Part shown: in pieces, positions 43,216 through 53,615 of the stretch
Layout of the letters: every line of letters begins with the position of its first letter
Position numbering within the stretch: the first letter of the stretch is position 1
Assembly (NCBI GenBank): GCA_964291655.2
Contig: OZ219802.1
Location: 1,408,001 to 1,472,000, forward strand
DNA: 64,000 nucleotides
Source of the DNA: Chloroflexota bacterium
GTDB taxonomy: Bacteria; Chloroflexota; UBA11872; VXOZ01
Reading direction: 5' to 3'
Translations under genes and position numbers: made by a program
Notes under the pieces: model-generated
Database searches by the model: none
Seen by the model: only the letters and a program-made list of their open reading frames with translations
Told to the model about the DNA's origin: nothing

Positions 43216-44148
43216 ATGCAGGACAAACTAGCAGACCCCAAGGAGCCTATGATCATGCAACAGCGAGAAGTACGTTGGGAATTGATGTTCCGGGATGAGT
43301 TGGAAGCGGCGGTGGCGGCGTTTCCGGTGGTGTACATGCCGTATGGGTTGTGCGAGCCGCACGGGCCGCAGAACGTGGTGGGGTGTGATTCGTTGCGGCC
43401 CGAAGGCCATATGCGCCAGGCGGCGGAACAATACGGCGGGATTGTGATGCCGACCACGTATTGGCACAATCACGAAGCGGGGACGTCCGCCAACTGGGGG
43501 GACCGCACCATCGGCAATAACCGCACGTGGCTCACGTCCATCCCGCCGTGGATGTTCTTCAAGAACATGAGCTACCACATTCGCGCCGTGGACGCCCATG
43601 GCTTTCACGGGGCCATCATCTTCTCCGGTCACGCCGGACCCCATAGCCCGGACATTCCGGTGTTCTTGGAGATCATGCAGCGGCACGTGGCGACCCGGCT
43701 GCACTGTCACATGCCGATTGGCATGGGCACGGAAGAGTCGCGCTTCGAGGACGATGCGGGCATGGGCGGGCACGCCGGCCGCGGCGAAACGTCGCTGCTG
43801 TGGGCGGTGACACCGGGCGGCGTGGACCTCACCCGCATTCCGCCGGCCGGCACCCCCGGGCCGCACTTTGCCATGGGCGATGACGCCACTGAATCCGACC
43901 GCCGCGCCGGCGAACGCATGAGTGCCGACATCGTGGCGAGCCTCGGCGCAGCCGCTAACGAACTTGTGGCGGAATACGACCGCGTGCAACCGGCGCGGAA
44001 GACCCTGACGTTTGCCGACATCGAGGACATCTGGGAAGACGACGTGCGCCCGGAGCTTAAGAACTTCAACTCGATGCAGCAGTCCCCGGAGCCGGTGCCT
44101 GAAGATTCCTACTGGCATGCCAACCAGCACATCCCCGACCGGGGGTAG
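43216..44148 (+). CDS. Creatininase family amidohydrolase
   Basis: EPHG..GCD, SGHAG, GHAGRGETS. Confidence 0.85.
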   Translation: MQDKLADPKEPMIMQQREVRWELMFRDELEAAVAAFPVVYMPYGLCEPHGPQNVVGCDSLRPEGHMRQAAEQYGGIVMPTTYWHNHEAGTSANWGDRTIGNNRTWLTSIPPWMFFKNMSYHIRAVDAHGFHGAIIFSGHAGPHSPDIPVFLEIMQRHVATRLHCHMPIGMGTEESRFEDDAGMGGHAGRGETSLLWAVTPGGVDLTRIPPAGTPGPHFAMGDDATESDRRAGERMSADIVASLGAAANELVAEYDRVQPARKTLTFADIEDIWEDDVRPELKNFNSMQQSPEPVPEDSYWHANQHIPDRG

Positions 44149-44197
44149 GACAGTTGGCTCCGCCAGACTCCGGACCCTGAATCGGTACCCGCCTTGT

Positions 44198-44593
44198 CTA
44201 GAGGCTTAGCTGCCGAGTCCGACCGCTGGCATAGAGGTAGTAGGCAAACGGTCGAGGTTCAGACAGGTCCACAGCCTTGAGCCAGTCCCATTTTCGGAGA
44301 AGCGCGCGCATCATCGGGAGCCGGCTGACCTGACCACTTGCAAAGTAGACGATGCCTACTTTGTGCTGAAGAATCGCTTGACGTTCATATATCACCGAGA
44401 GCATTCGCTTGTTGCACGAGATGACTAACCAGCCCTGTCGTCCCGCCTCCGCTAACCACTCTACGTCCTGGCGGCGTGGGTCACTCTCGTTAGGAAACTG
44501 TGCGCGGAGCCAGCGAACATCTACATCCCTATCTGCGCCCTTTAGAAACCTGGGTATGGCCGTGCCCATATCTTCATCGAAGAACAGGATCAC
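44198..44593 (-). CDS. VapC45-like PIN-domain toxin
   Basis: LFFDEDMG, DVEWLAEAGRQGWLVIS, YERQAI; GTGA overlap with the upstream antitoxin. Confidence 0.8.
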   Translation of the reverse strand: MILFFDEDMGTAIPRFLKGADRDVDVRWLRAQFPNESDPRRQDVEWLAEAGRQGWLVISCNKRMLSVIYERQAILQHKVGIVYFASGQVSRLPMMRALLRKWDWLKAVDLSEPRPFAYYLYASGRTRQLSL

Positions 44594-45267
44594 GCCGCAA
44601 GGGCCTTCTCGTGTTGGATGATCAGTTCGATCACCTTGTCGTCTAGCTCGAAGTCATCGGCGATTGCACTGATGCTCTCACGACCCTCGAAGAATCGCGT
44701 TAGAATGGTCTCTGCCCGGATTCCACTGCCCGCAATTGAAGGACGGCCGGCAGCAAAGCGAGGGTCCACGACGACGGGCACGTCGCGGCCGAGCGGAAAC
44801 CAGCGCGCGGCAAGTCCGCGCACTTCGATGAAGTCCAACTGCAGAAACCGCTCCAAGACGGGCATGGGCAAAGCTGCCTGCATGCCTTCTGTGTCCAGAG
44901 CGCGGTACAGTGCCGGCTCACCGGTCTGCAGCGAGAACTCATGCATTATATGGCCGCCAAGGGTGTCGAATTCGCTGAAGGCGAATGGATGTGACATTTT
45001 GAGAAAATCGCAGGCAAAGGTGTGCGCTTGGCGCACTGTTTCCAACTTGATGTTTCTGCGCCGGAACCTTACAGCCACGAGTATTTCCGCCAGCATGAGA
45101 AAGGAGATTGTCGCCGGTTGACCCGCAGAAGCAGACTGCTTACCGAACACGGGCGCGATTTCGTTACCCCAAATCCAACGTCTCACGGTAGGCGCAGTCG
45201 TACACGCCAGTTTCGCAGCCTCACTGACAGAGTAGGCTGGTAAGGTTCGCCAATCTTTGGATTCCAT
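44590..45267 (-). CDS. VapB45-like antitoxin (N-terminal HTH plus DUF433)
   Basis: YSVSEAAKL..TVRRW, ISFLMLAE, VVDPRFAAGRP, ESISAIADDF. Confidence 0.82.
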   Translation of the reverse strand: MESKDWRTLPAYSVSEAAKLACTTAPTVRRWIWGNEIAPVFGKQSASAGQPATISFLMLAEILVAVRFRRRNIKLETVRQAHTFACDFLKMSHPFAFSEFDTLGGHIMHEFSLQTGEPALYRALDTEGMQAALPMPVLERFLQLDFIEVRGLAARWFPLGRDVPVVVDPRFAAGRPSIAGSGIRAETILTRFFEGRESISAIADDFELDDKVIELIIQHEKALAA

Positions 45268-45446
45268 GTCCGCTTCAGAATTCACAGTTCCGCTGCCTTC
45301 CGCAAACTACGCCGGATTGAAGAGGGATTGCGCTGCCCTAGTCTCCGCAATCCGCCGCACAAGAGCACCACGTCTATCCTCCTCTAGTATGATGATTTTA
45401 TAGCTGTATGCCAATCCTTGTTTCATTCATAAAGACAATGCGGAAT

Positions 45447-46268
45447 ATGGGCACAGGCTTTCTCATCGTAGTGGTCGTTCTGGCCGGGCTCGTCGTGCTG
45501 GCGCGGGTCATGCGGTTGGAAGACGCCTTTATCTACTTTCCCGATCACGAGACGTACACCACTCCCGCAGAATTCGGTCTCGAGTATGAAGATGTTCGGT
45601 TTGGGGAAGAGGGGCGGCTGCATGGCTGGTACGTCCCCGGCCGTATTGATGTGACAATCCTCTGGTTCCACGGCAACGCGAGCAACCTGTCGCATCCCGG
45701 GCGGGTGGAATTCATTAGGCTGCTGCACGAGCGGCTGGGCGTCGGGTTCTTTATATTTGACTATCGCGGATATGGCCAGAGCAGCGGCAGACCGTCGGAG
45801 CCCGGCCTCTACCAGGACGCCCGGGATGCCCTCGCCTATTTGCAGAGCCGCGACGATGTCAACCCAGACCGCATCGTGTACTACGGCAGGTCGCTCGGCG
45901 GCGCGGTGGCGTCACACCTCGCTACTGAATATGCGCCCTACCGGCTGATACTGGAGTCCTCGTTTATATCCACGCCGGACATGGCGCGGGTGCAGTTCCC
46001 GTTCCTGCCCCTGGGCCCCTTGCTCTACACGCGCTACAGCAACCGCGAGCACCTCGCCTCCGTCCATGCGCCTGTCCTCATCATCCACGGGGACCGTGAT
46101 CGCACCGTCCCGTCACAACACGCGGACAAGCTTTACGCCGTCGCCAACGAACCCAAGCAGCTCTATATCGTCCGCGGCGCGGACCACAACGACGTGCATT
46201 ACGCCGGCGGCGAAACGTATTTGGAAACCTTCGCGGCGTTTCTCGATCTGCCGCTGGCGCCCGCGTGA
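45447..46268 (+). CDS. Alpha/beta hydrolase (ABHD13/17-like); start uncertain
   Basis: FHGNA, DYRGYG, GRSLGG nucleophile elbow, HGDRD, ADHND. Confidence 0.92.
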   Translation: MGTGFLIVVVVLAGLVVLARVMRLEDAFIYFPDHETYTTPAEFGLEYEDVRFGEEGRLHGWYVPGRIDVTILWFHGNASNLSHPGRVEFIRLLHERLGVGFFIFDYRGYGQSSGRPSEPGLYQDARDALAYLQSRDDVNPDRIVYYGRSLGGAVASHLATEYAPYRLILESSFISTPDMARVQFPFLPLGPLLYTRYSNREHLASVHAPVLIIHGDRDRTVPSQHADKLYAVANEPKQLYIVRGADHNDVHYAGGETYLETFAAFLDLPLAPA

Positions 46269-46352
46269 GGGCCAAGTGCAAGCCATTGCCTGTACCCGCC
46301 CATTCCAGTAACGAGCGCCCGCATGTCGCCGGCGCTTTCTTGGTTAATTGGT

Positions 46353-46380
46353 GTAGGGGCACGATATATCGTGCCCCTAC
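46353..46380. repeat. GTAG REP palindrome
   Basis: Identical to 814-841; partner copy at 47202-47227. Confidence 0.9.
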
Positions 46381-46455
46381 GTTCTCGGCAAGGCATTTTC
46401 TACTGCGGTCCGTTGCGCTACTTTGTCTAGCCATCCCTCGCCGGACGTATATGCC

Positions 46456-47184
46456 CTAATCATCCTGCAATGCCACGTCCGCATACCAGGCGGTGACCGT
46501 GCCGCCGGTGCCGTCGTGATTGCGGCTCACCGGCCGGCCGACGACTGTGCCGGGTTGCGCGGCGATGGGCCGGCTGAGCATAGGGCCGGCCACGACGCAG
46601 GTGTGAAACTCGCCGTTCTCGCCGAGCGGGTCCGTGCCCTCGGGCAGATCGTTCAAGAACGACTGATCGAACCAGCGACCGGCAAAGCTGCGGTCGAGCT
46701 TGGAGGTCGGGCTCACTGCCGTTACGATGGCCTTCAGCCCAGATTGCAACATGGTCTGTGCTAGTTCCGGCGTCGGCATGCCCCAGACAGGGAAAATGGC
46801 CTCGAACCCTGTACCTGCCAGCTTAGACTCCCTGTACGCGCGAATGTCTTCGAGGAAGAGGTCGCCAAACGCGAAGGTCTTGGCTGTCAAATGCGGCGGC
46901 AAGTCGCGCACCATATCAAGGAAAGCGGTCATCGCCGCTTCATATTCTTCGTTGGAGCAGGGATAGGGAATGGGGATCTCGTACAGCGGCAGACCCAGCC
47001 GTTTCGCCTGCACACGCAGCACCGGCACCGGCGTCGCCTGTATCGCCACGCGGTCGAAATGCGGCGTCACCGTCGTAAAGATGCCACGCACATCGTACCG
47101 CTCCGGCTCTTGGCGCAGCACGTGCAACGCCCAGGCGGAGTCTTTTCCCGAGGACCAGGAGACGAGTACCGGCTTCACTGACAT
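46456..47184 (-). CDS. Dph6/MJ0570-related PP-loop ATP pyrophosphatase
   Basis: SWSSGKDS, FGDLFLEDIRAYRE, DPLGENGEFHT. Confidence 0.88.
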   Translation of the reverse strand: MSVKPVLVSWSSGKDSAWALHVLRQEPERYDVRGIFTTVTPHFDRVAIQATPVPVLRVQAKRLGLPLYEIPIPYPCSNEEYEAAMTAFLDMVRDLPPHLTAKTFAFGDLFLEDIRAYRESKLAGTGFEAIFPVWGMPTPELAQTMLQSGLKAIVTAVSPTSKLDRSFAGRWFDQSFLNDLPEGTDPLGENGEFHTCVVAGPMLSRPIAAQPGTVVGRPVSRNHDGTGGTVTAWYADVALQDD

Positions 47185-47319
47185 AGCTATTTCACAAACG
47201 AAGGGGCACGATATATCGTGCCCCTACACCGTCTACAAAGTTCATTTGGCGCGGACTCTCAACTCTTCTCAAGCATCACAGCGTGGCAGTGGTGAGACCG
47301 CCTCTCGGTAAAGTTATCT

Positions 47320-48192
47320 TTACCCAGCCCGCGATAGCGCCTCCTCGATTGCCCGCGCGGCAAAGACCGTCGTCAGGTGTTCACGGTAGTCGGCTGACGC
47401 ATGGAGGTCGTCGTTGAGGTCCTCGATGTTGGCGGCGGCGCGCTTGGCGGCGCGGCGGATCACTGCCGCGTCGATGTGCTTGCCCTTCAGGATACGCTCC
47501 GTATTGCGCGCCCGGACGGCCGTGGGACCGGCGCCGGTCACGCCGATGCGCGCTTCCGTGCACACGCCGTCGTCCCCAACCGTGATCGCCGCCGCTACGC
47601 CCACTACAGCGTAGTGGGAGGCCTTATTCGGCAGCTTCTGGTACGAAACGCCGGTGCCGGCCGGTAACGCCGAAATGTGGACTTCGGTCAGTATCTCGTT
47701 GGGCCGTAGCGCCGTGGTCAGCAGGTCGCGGAAGAAGCGATCGATGGCGATGGTGCGGCCGGAGCGGGCCGTCGCGGTGACCAGTTCAAAGTTCAGCGCC
47801 AGCGCCAGGGCGGGAAAGTCGCCCGCCGGGTCGGCGTGGGCCAGACTGCCGCCGATGGTGCCTTTGTTCTGCACCTGCACGTCGCCTACTTCACCGGCGG
47901 CTGCCGCCAGCGCGGGCACGCGCTCCTGCACCAGCGCCGAGTTCTTGATGTCGTGGTAGGTCGACATGGCGCCAATCGCCAGGCAGCCGTCGTCCGCCTC
48001 GCCGATGAAGCGCAGTTCGGAAATCTTGCCCAGGTCGATCAGGCACTGCGGCGTAGAGAGTCGCAGTTTCATGATGGGCAGCAGGCTGTGGCCGCCCGCC
48101 AGCAATTTCGCGTCGTCCCCGTGCTGCCGCAGCAGCCGCAGGGCGTCGGCAACGGACGTCGGTGCGAAGTAATCAAATGCTTGGGGGATCAT
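47320..48192 (-). CDS. coxM: FAD-binding subunit of a CO dehydrogenase/xanthine dehydrogenase family enzyme
   Basis: AKLLAGGHSLLPIMKLRL, NKGTIGGSLAHADPAGD. Confidence 0.88.
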   Translation of the reverse strand: MIPQAFDYFAPTSVADALRLLRQHGDDAKLLAGGHSLLPIMKLRLSTPQCLIDLGKISELRFIGEADDGCLAIGAMSTYHDIKNSALVQERVPALAAAAGEVGDVQVQNKGTIGGSLAHADPAGDFPALALALNFELVTATARSGRTIAIDRFFRDLLTTALRPNEILTEVHISALPAGTGVSYQKLPNKASHYAVVGVAAAITVGDDGVCTEARIGVTGAGPTAVRARNTERILKGKHIDAAVIRRAAKRAAANIEDLNDDLHASADYREHLTTVFAARAIEEALSRAG

Positions 48193-50570
48193 GAACGGCC
48201 TCCTCTCCGGCTACGGCCATGTGTTTGCAATACCCGCCAGATGCGTTCCGCCGTCATCGGTATGTCCACGTGGGTCACGCCGAGATGCGAGAGCGCGTCC
48301 ACCACCGCGTTGGCAACGGTCGGCGTGGCGGAGATGGTTGCCATCTCGCCGATACCCTTCGCGCCGAGCGGGTTCACCGGGCTCGGCGTCACCGTGCGGT
48401 CAAGCTCGAACATGGGGAATTCCTGGGCGAACGGCATGGCGTAGTCCATGAGCGAACCGGACACAAGCTGGCCCTCGTCGTCCCAAACTGCTTGCTCCAG
48501 TAGCGCCTGGCCGATGCCTTGTGCCAAACCGCCGTGGATTTGCCCTTCCACGAGCGTGGGATTGATCACCGTACCGCAGTCGTCTACGGAAACATAGCGT
48601 TTCAAAGAGACTTCACCGGTGTCCTGGTCGATCTCAATCACGGCAATGTGGGCGCTGAAGGGGAACGTGAGTCCCGGCGGCTCCCAGAAGGACACCGCCT
48701 CCAAGCCGGGTTGCTCGTCTTCCGGCAGCAACTGGCCGTCGTAGGCTTCAGACCCTACCTCGGCCCACGTTACATACTGGTCCGGCATGTCCTGCACCGA
48801 GAACAAGCCGTCCTCCAGCGTCACCACTGTCGGGTCCAGCGTATCCTCGAGCTTGTTTTCCAAGAGGGCCGTGGCGATGCGCTTGGCCTTGTCTTTGATT
48901 TGCTCATTGGCCTTGAGGATCGCCGTACCGCCGACCACCAGTGTGCGGCTGCCGAAGGTGCCGACACCCCTGGCAACTATGGCTGTATCGCCGTGTATGA
49001 TTTCCACATCTTCGAAGGCAACGCCGAGGTCGTCGGCCACAATCTGCGCGAACGAGGTCTCCTCGCCCTGGCCGTGGGGCGACGCGCCGGTGAGCACGGT
49101 AACCTTGCCCATGGGATCGACGCGCACGGTGGCGCTTTCGAAACCGCCCAGGCCGCCCATGGCGGCGGCGGGGCCGAACCCGCAGACCTCGGTGGTCACG
49201 GTCACGCCAATACCCATAAGCTTGCCGTCCTTGCGCGCGGCTTTCTGCTCGGCGCGCAGGTCGTCGTACCCCGCGATGTCCAGCGCTTTGTCCAGCGCCG
49301 CATCATAGTCGGCGGAGTCATAGATCATGCCGGTTGGCGTTTCGTAGGGGAAGGCGTCCTTGGGAATGAAGTTCTTGCGGCGCACGGCTACCGGGTCTTT
49401 GCCCGTGGCATCGGCGATCAGGTCCATGACCCGTTCGATGATGTACGCCGCTTCCGGCCGCCCGGCGCCGCGATAGGCGTCATAGGGAATCTTGTTGGTG
49501 AAGACGCCGATGGTGGTCCAGCCGATGTCGCGGCACGCGTAGACACCTGGCGCCAGTGAAGGCGTGAGCGTGGGAATGACGTGGGAAATCACCTGGGCGT
49601 ACGCGCCGAGATCGGCGTAGATCTTCAGCTTCATGCCGAGCAGGGTGCCGTCTTTCTTGTAGGCGGCCTGCACGTACTGCGCCTGGCCCCGGCCGTGGCT
49701 GGTGGAGACGAAATGCTCGGTGCGGTCTTCCGCCCACTTCACCGGCCGGTTGACTTCCTGGGCGAGAATGATGGCAATAAGCGATTCAGAATACGTATTG
49801 ATCTTGCAGCCAAAGCCGCCGCCCACGTCGATGGCGACCACGCGCAGCTTGTTCTCCGGCATGCCGAGCATCTGTGCCACGACCATGCGCTCGATGTGCG
49901 GGTTCTGTGTGGTGACCCACAACGTCGCGTTGCCGCTGCTGCGCTCGTAGTCCGCCACGGTCGCGCGCGGCTCCATGGGATTGGGAATGAGGCGGGGCTG
50001 CTCCATGCGAGCTTCCACCACGCCGTCGGCCTCGGCAAACGCGCGATCGGGATCGCCTGCCTGATCGGTGGCTTCGTAACAGAGATTGGAGCCCATTTCC
50101 TCGAAGATAACGGGCGCGTCTGCATCTACTGCGGACTCCATGTCCGTCACGACAGGCAGCGGCTCGTAGTCGACGTCGATGAGATCAAGCGCGTCCCGCG
50201 CCGCCGCCCGTGAACTGGCGACCACCGCGGCCACCGGCTCGCCGACATAGTTGGCTTTCGTTGCCGCCATCGGCCAGCGCTCGGGATACTGCATGCCCTC
50301 CAAGATGGCAAAGAGGGGGAACGGCTCGCTGCAGCGCTCGTTGATTTCCGCGCCGGTCATGACAGCCAACACACCGGAGTGTGCCGCAGCCGCCGACGTA
50401 TCTATGCTGTTTATGCGCGCGTGAGCATACGGACTGCGCAGCACGGCGAAGAACGCCATGCCCGGCAGGATGACGTCGTCGGTGTACTTGCCCTCGCCGG
50501 TAATGAGACGAGGGTCCTCCTTGCGCTTCACGCGCGAACCGATCAATTTCGATACTTGGCCCGCGATCAT
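48189..50570 (-). CDS. coxL: Molybdopterin-binding large subunit, form II CoxL-like
   Basis: VGGGFG, active-site loop AYRGAGR, HGQGEET, GSR, KGIGE. Confidence 0.85.
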   Translation of the reverse strand: MIAGQVSKLIGSRVKRKEDPRLITGEGKYTDDVILPGMAFFAVLRSPYAHARINSIDTSAAAAHSGVLAVMTGAEINERCSEPFPLFAILEGMQYPERWPMAATKANYVGEPVAAVVASSRAAARDALDLIDVDYEPLPVVTDMESAVDADAPVIFEEMGSNLCYEATDQAGDPDRAFAEADGVVEARMEQPRLIPNPMEPRATVADYERSSGNATLWVTTQNPHIERMVVAQMLGMPENKLRVVAIDVGGGFGCKINTYSESLIAIILAQEVNRPVKWAEDRTEHFVSTSHGRGQAQYVQAAYKKDGTLLGMKLKIYADLGAYAQVISHVIPTLTPSLAPGVYACRDIGWTTIGVFTNKIPYDAYRGAGRPEAAYIIERVMDLIADATGKDPVAVRRKNFIPKDAFPYETPTGMIYDSADYDAALDKALDIAGYDDLRAEQKAARKDGKLMGIGVTVTTEVCGFGPAAAMGGLGGFESATVRVDPMGKVTVLTGASPHGQGEETSFAQIVADDLGVAFEDVEIIHGDTAIVARGVGTFGSRTLVVGGTAILKANEQIKDKAKRIATALLENKLEDTLDPTVVTLEDGLFSVQDMPDQYVTWAEVGSEAYDGQLLPEDEQPGLEAVSFWEPPGLTFPFSAHIAVIEIDQDTGEVSLKRYVSVDDCGTVINPTLVEGQIHGGLAQGIGQALLEQAVWDDEGQLVSGSLMDYAMPFAQEFPMFELDRTVTPSPVNPLGAKGIGEMATISATPTVANAVVDALSHLGVTHVDIPMTAERIWRVLQTHGRSRRGGRS

Positions 50571-50802
50571 TGCCTCGCTCCTTTACTTACGCACCCGGCC
50601 AACGCCGTCTATTTGGGAATTCTCTGCAATGCCGTTTGCCTGATGGCTGAAGTCACTCCTGCATCAATCCCGCAATGGCGGAGGCCACTCTAATGGAATC
50701 CAGAATGCCTGTCGTCATTCAGTGCGCTACCTTTTTGAACCGCACCCACTTCCGGGCACCCACTGCGCACTGCCCAGGACGCCGCAAAGCGTCTCCCACA
50801 CG

Positions 50803-51276
50803 CTACGCTTCCTGCATCCGCCGGGCGGCGAATTGCGCTGCTTTCACGATGTTCTGATAGCCGGTGCAGCGGCAGATGTTGCCCGCCAGCTTGTGGCGTA
50901 TCTCATCTTCGCTGGGATCGGGCTCCTCTTCCAAGACCTGGTGGAGGGTCATGATGATGCCCGGCGTGCAAAAGCCGCACTGCAACCCGTGCTCTTCCCA
51001 GAAGCCTTCCTGTACCGGATGGAGTTCGCCGTCCTGGGCCAGGCCTTCTATGGTGGTCACCTCGCTGCCATCGGCTTGCACGGCCAGAACCGTGCAACTC
51101 TTGACGGCGGCCCCGTCCACTATCACCGTGCACGCGCCGCATTGGCTGGTGTCGCACCCCACGTGCGTACCGGTGAGGCCCAACTCATCGCGCAGGTAGT
51201 GCACGAGCAACATGCGCGGTTCGACACTGCTCGTATGGCGAGTGCCGTTTATGGTTACGGAAATCTCATTGGGCAT
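50803..51276 (-). CDS. coxS: 2Fe-2S small subunit
   Basis: [21 protein letters not shown]. Confidence 0.92.
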   Translation of the reverse strand: MPNEISVTINGTRHTSSVEPRMLLVHYLRDELGLTGTHVGCDTSQCGACTVIVDGAAVKSCTVLAVQADGSEVTTIEGLAQDGELHPVQEGFWEEHGLQCGFCTPGIIMTLHQVLEEEPDPSEDEIRHKLAGNICRCTGYQNIVKAAQFAARRMQEA

Positions 51277-51651
51277 ACGTCTATCCCCCTACGCAGAGCG
51301 TATCTGCATGCGTCGACTTCGTCGCAGACGCCGACTTCGTCAAAGACGCCAAATACTTGGTCTAGTATACCAACTGCAAGATGATTACACACGCTTACTT
51401 TGCCATAGTTCTGGGTTGTACCTATGCAACCATATGGCAGGAAGTTCGTTCGTGCTGAGCTTGCCTGCCCTGAGCCTGTCGCAGGGTCGAAGTGTGAACG
51501 GTTGGGCGTGTCCAATGGTTCTTGCCAACCCACTCTTGCCCTTACTTATGAGTTGGGCGACACTACGCAAAACAAGAAAATAGGACAGTGCCTGCAGTTG
51601 GCGGTATGATTGGGGTAGCAAGACACCACACACCGCACAGGGGAATAACGC

Positions 51652-52095
51652 ATGAAGGTAGAAGGCACATTCACGATCAAAGCGGGGCAAGACCGCGTCT
51701 GGGAGCTGCTGCAGGACCCCGACGTGTTGGCGGCGTGCATCCCCGGCTGCGAGAAGCTGGAGCCGACCGGCGAGGACACCTACGCGGCGACCCTGAACGT
51801 GGGCGTGGCCGGCATCAAGGGCCGCTACCAAGGTACGGTGTCCGTGGCTGACCGCGACCCGCCCCACGGCTACCGCATGATCGTGGAAGGCAAGGGCGGC
51901 CCGGGCTTTGTGAAAGGCGAGGGCAGCTTCACCCTATCCGAAAAGAAGGCAGGCGAGACCACCATCCACGTTGCCGGCAATGGTCAAGCCGGCGGCACCC
52001 TGGCCCGCGTCGGCCAACGCCTCATGCTGCAAGCCGCCAAACTGCTCATGAAGCAGTTCTTCACGCGGCTGAACAAGGAAGCTACCGCGCCTTAG
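51652..52095 (+). CDS. coxG: CoxG (SRPBCC) accessory protein
   Basis: LQDPDVLAACIPGCE, GTLARVGQRL, QFF. Confidence 0.88.
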   Translation: MKVEGTFTIKAGQDRVWELLQDPDVLAACIPGCEKLEPTGEDTYAATLNVGVAGIKGRYQGTVSVADRDPPHGYRMIVEGKGGPGFVKGEGSFTLSEKKAGETTIHVAGNGQAGGTLARVGQRLMLQAAKLLMKQFFTRLNKEATAP

Positions 52096-52237
52096 TCAGC
52101 GCCAGCACCGTTGAATTCAGTCTCTCTAACCGGAAGAATAGAACACAACGCCTGTGGGTCGCACACCCGCAGGCGTTGTGGTTGGCGTCTTTGAGGCATG
52201 CACGACGCACATCGCCGCGCGCAACAGAATCGCTAAT

Positions 52238-52783
52238 CTACTTCACGTCTGCCGAGAAGAGAAAGTCGTTGTCGCTCACGTCGCTGTGGCACTCCGTGCA
52301 GCCTTGCACCATGCCCTCGGCCTCAATCGCTCCATCAGGCGCGTACTTCAAGAAGAACCAGCCGTTTGCGTCAGGATTCTCGTAGCCGGCCGGCTTATAC
52401 ATCACAGTAATAGCTGCCAGCGTACCGTCAGGCATGTAGTTCTCCTTCAGGACTATGCCGCCTTCAGGAACTCTCCCCGCCTTATCGGTAATCGCCTTGA
52501 GAGCGATCGCGTTGAAGTACGTGCTCAATAGGGCGCCGTGCGGGTCCTGCCCGGTGTATAGGGGTTCTACGCCAGGCAGATGCTGCCAGGCGTTCTGATA
52601 GTCAGCCGCCTCCAAGAATTCTATAACAGCGGCGCCATTGGCCTCCGGCCCTGCTTCGGCGGCCATATCCGCAGACTCTTCGTCACCGCCGCACCCTGCC
52701 AAGAGCAGCATTGCTCCCAAGAGCGCAACGCCCAGCAGCACGAAGCTCCTGCGCAGCTGGATCAGACCCAATCGCATGTGCAT
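52238..52783 (-). CDS. Cytochrome P460-family lipoprotein
   Basis: RBS AAGGAGG; lipobox LAGC; PEGGIVLKEN, VMYK, GWFF; C-terminal CTECH heme motif then DFLF. Confidence 0.82.
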   Translation of the reverse strand: MHMRLGLIQLRRSFVLLGVALLGAMLLLAGCGGDEESADMAAEAGPEANGAAVIEFLEAADYQNAWQHLPGVEPLYTGQDPHGALLSTYFNAIALKAITDKAGRVPEGGIVLKENYMPDGTLAAITVMYKPAGYENPDANGWFFLKYAPDGAIEAEGMVQGCTECHSDVSDNDFLFSADVK

Positions 52784-52849
52784 TCCTCCTTCAATCACAA
52801 CCAACGACAAAAGTTGTGTATCATGGTAGGGAATCACACTGGGCAAGAC

Positions 52850-52865
52850 TGTAGTCTGGACGACA
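52850..52865. promoter_or_regulatory. Putative Crp/Fnr-family operator TGTAG-N6-CGACA
   Basis: Near-palindrome with 6-bp spacer, centred ~41.5 bp upstream of the start inferred from a minus-strand -10 TACCAT at 52823-52828. Confidence 0.55.
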
Positions 52866-52931
52866 AGCTCGCTGGGGGATGCTGTGAGCGTCTTGAGCAA
52901 AGTGCTCCCTTCCAAGAAGAGCACGCCAATC

Positions 52932-53615
52932 ATGAGCAAGGACGAGCGAACGGCGCTCGTTATGCGCTATCTCGTTCACGCAGACCTCTTTCGCGATCTG
53001 TCAAAGACCGAACTTGAGCGGCTCTTCGGTCACTTACCGATGTATTCTCATTCGAAGAACACGATAGTGTATACGCCGGATGACAGAAGTGAAAGCCTCT
53101 ACATTCTCAAGATGGGCGCCGTCGACATTTACCGGCTAAGCGAGGAAGGCAAACGCCTGAGCATTCGCCGAGTTTTCATGGGCAGCGTGTTCGGTGAAAT
53201 GGGTCTGCTGGGCCAGAGCATGCACGGTTGCTTTGCCGAAACAGTTGCGCCCAGCCTCGTGTGCGTCATGTCGCGGGCTGAAATGGAAAACCTCCTGCGC
53301 CAGCGGCCCGACGTCGGGCTGCGTTTCTTCAAGGTAATTGGGGATCGGCTCCGGGCGCTTGAGGACCAGTTGGCACGCCTTGCGTTTAGTTCGGTGCGCG
53401 CCCGTGTGGCAGCGTTTCTCCTCACGCACCTGGACCCGAAGTCCCAGGAAGTGCGGGGCTTCACGCACGAGGAAATCGGCGATAGTATTGGGGCGCTGCG
53501 CTCCACGGTCACGCAATCCCTCGGCGAATTGGCGCGGGTTGGTGTGGTTGAGGTCAAGCATAAGTGTGTCTACGTGCGTAACTTTCAAGAACTTGCCGTT
53601 TTGGTGAGGGAGTAA
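52932..53615 (+). CDS. Crp/Fnr family transcriptional regulator
   Basis: cNMP-fold FGEMGLL; [20 protein letters not shown]. Confidence 0.92.
   Translation: MSKDERTALVMRYLVHADLFRDLSKTELERLFGHLPMYSHSKNTIVYTPDDRSESLYILKMGAVDIYRLSEEGKRLSIRRVFMGSVFGEMGLLGQSMHGCFAETVAPSLVCVMSRAEMENLLRQRPDVGLRFFKVIGDRLRALEDQLARLAFSSVRARVAAFLLTHLDPKSQEVRGFTHEEIGDSIGALRSTVTQSLGELARVGVVEVKHKCVYVRNFQELAVLVRE

Noticed and set aside
48189-50570. Bona fide (form I) aerobic CO dehydrogenase
   Set aside because: Motif is AYRGAGR, order is S-L-M, and coxDEF are absent
52932-53615. CooA CO sensor (MHGC resembles the CooA heme-ligand region)
   Set aside because: Retains the ordinary Crp FGEM pocket; a four-residue similarity is too weak
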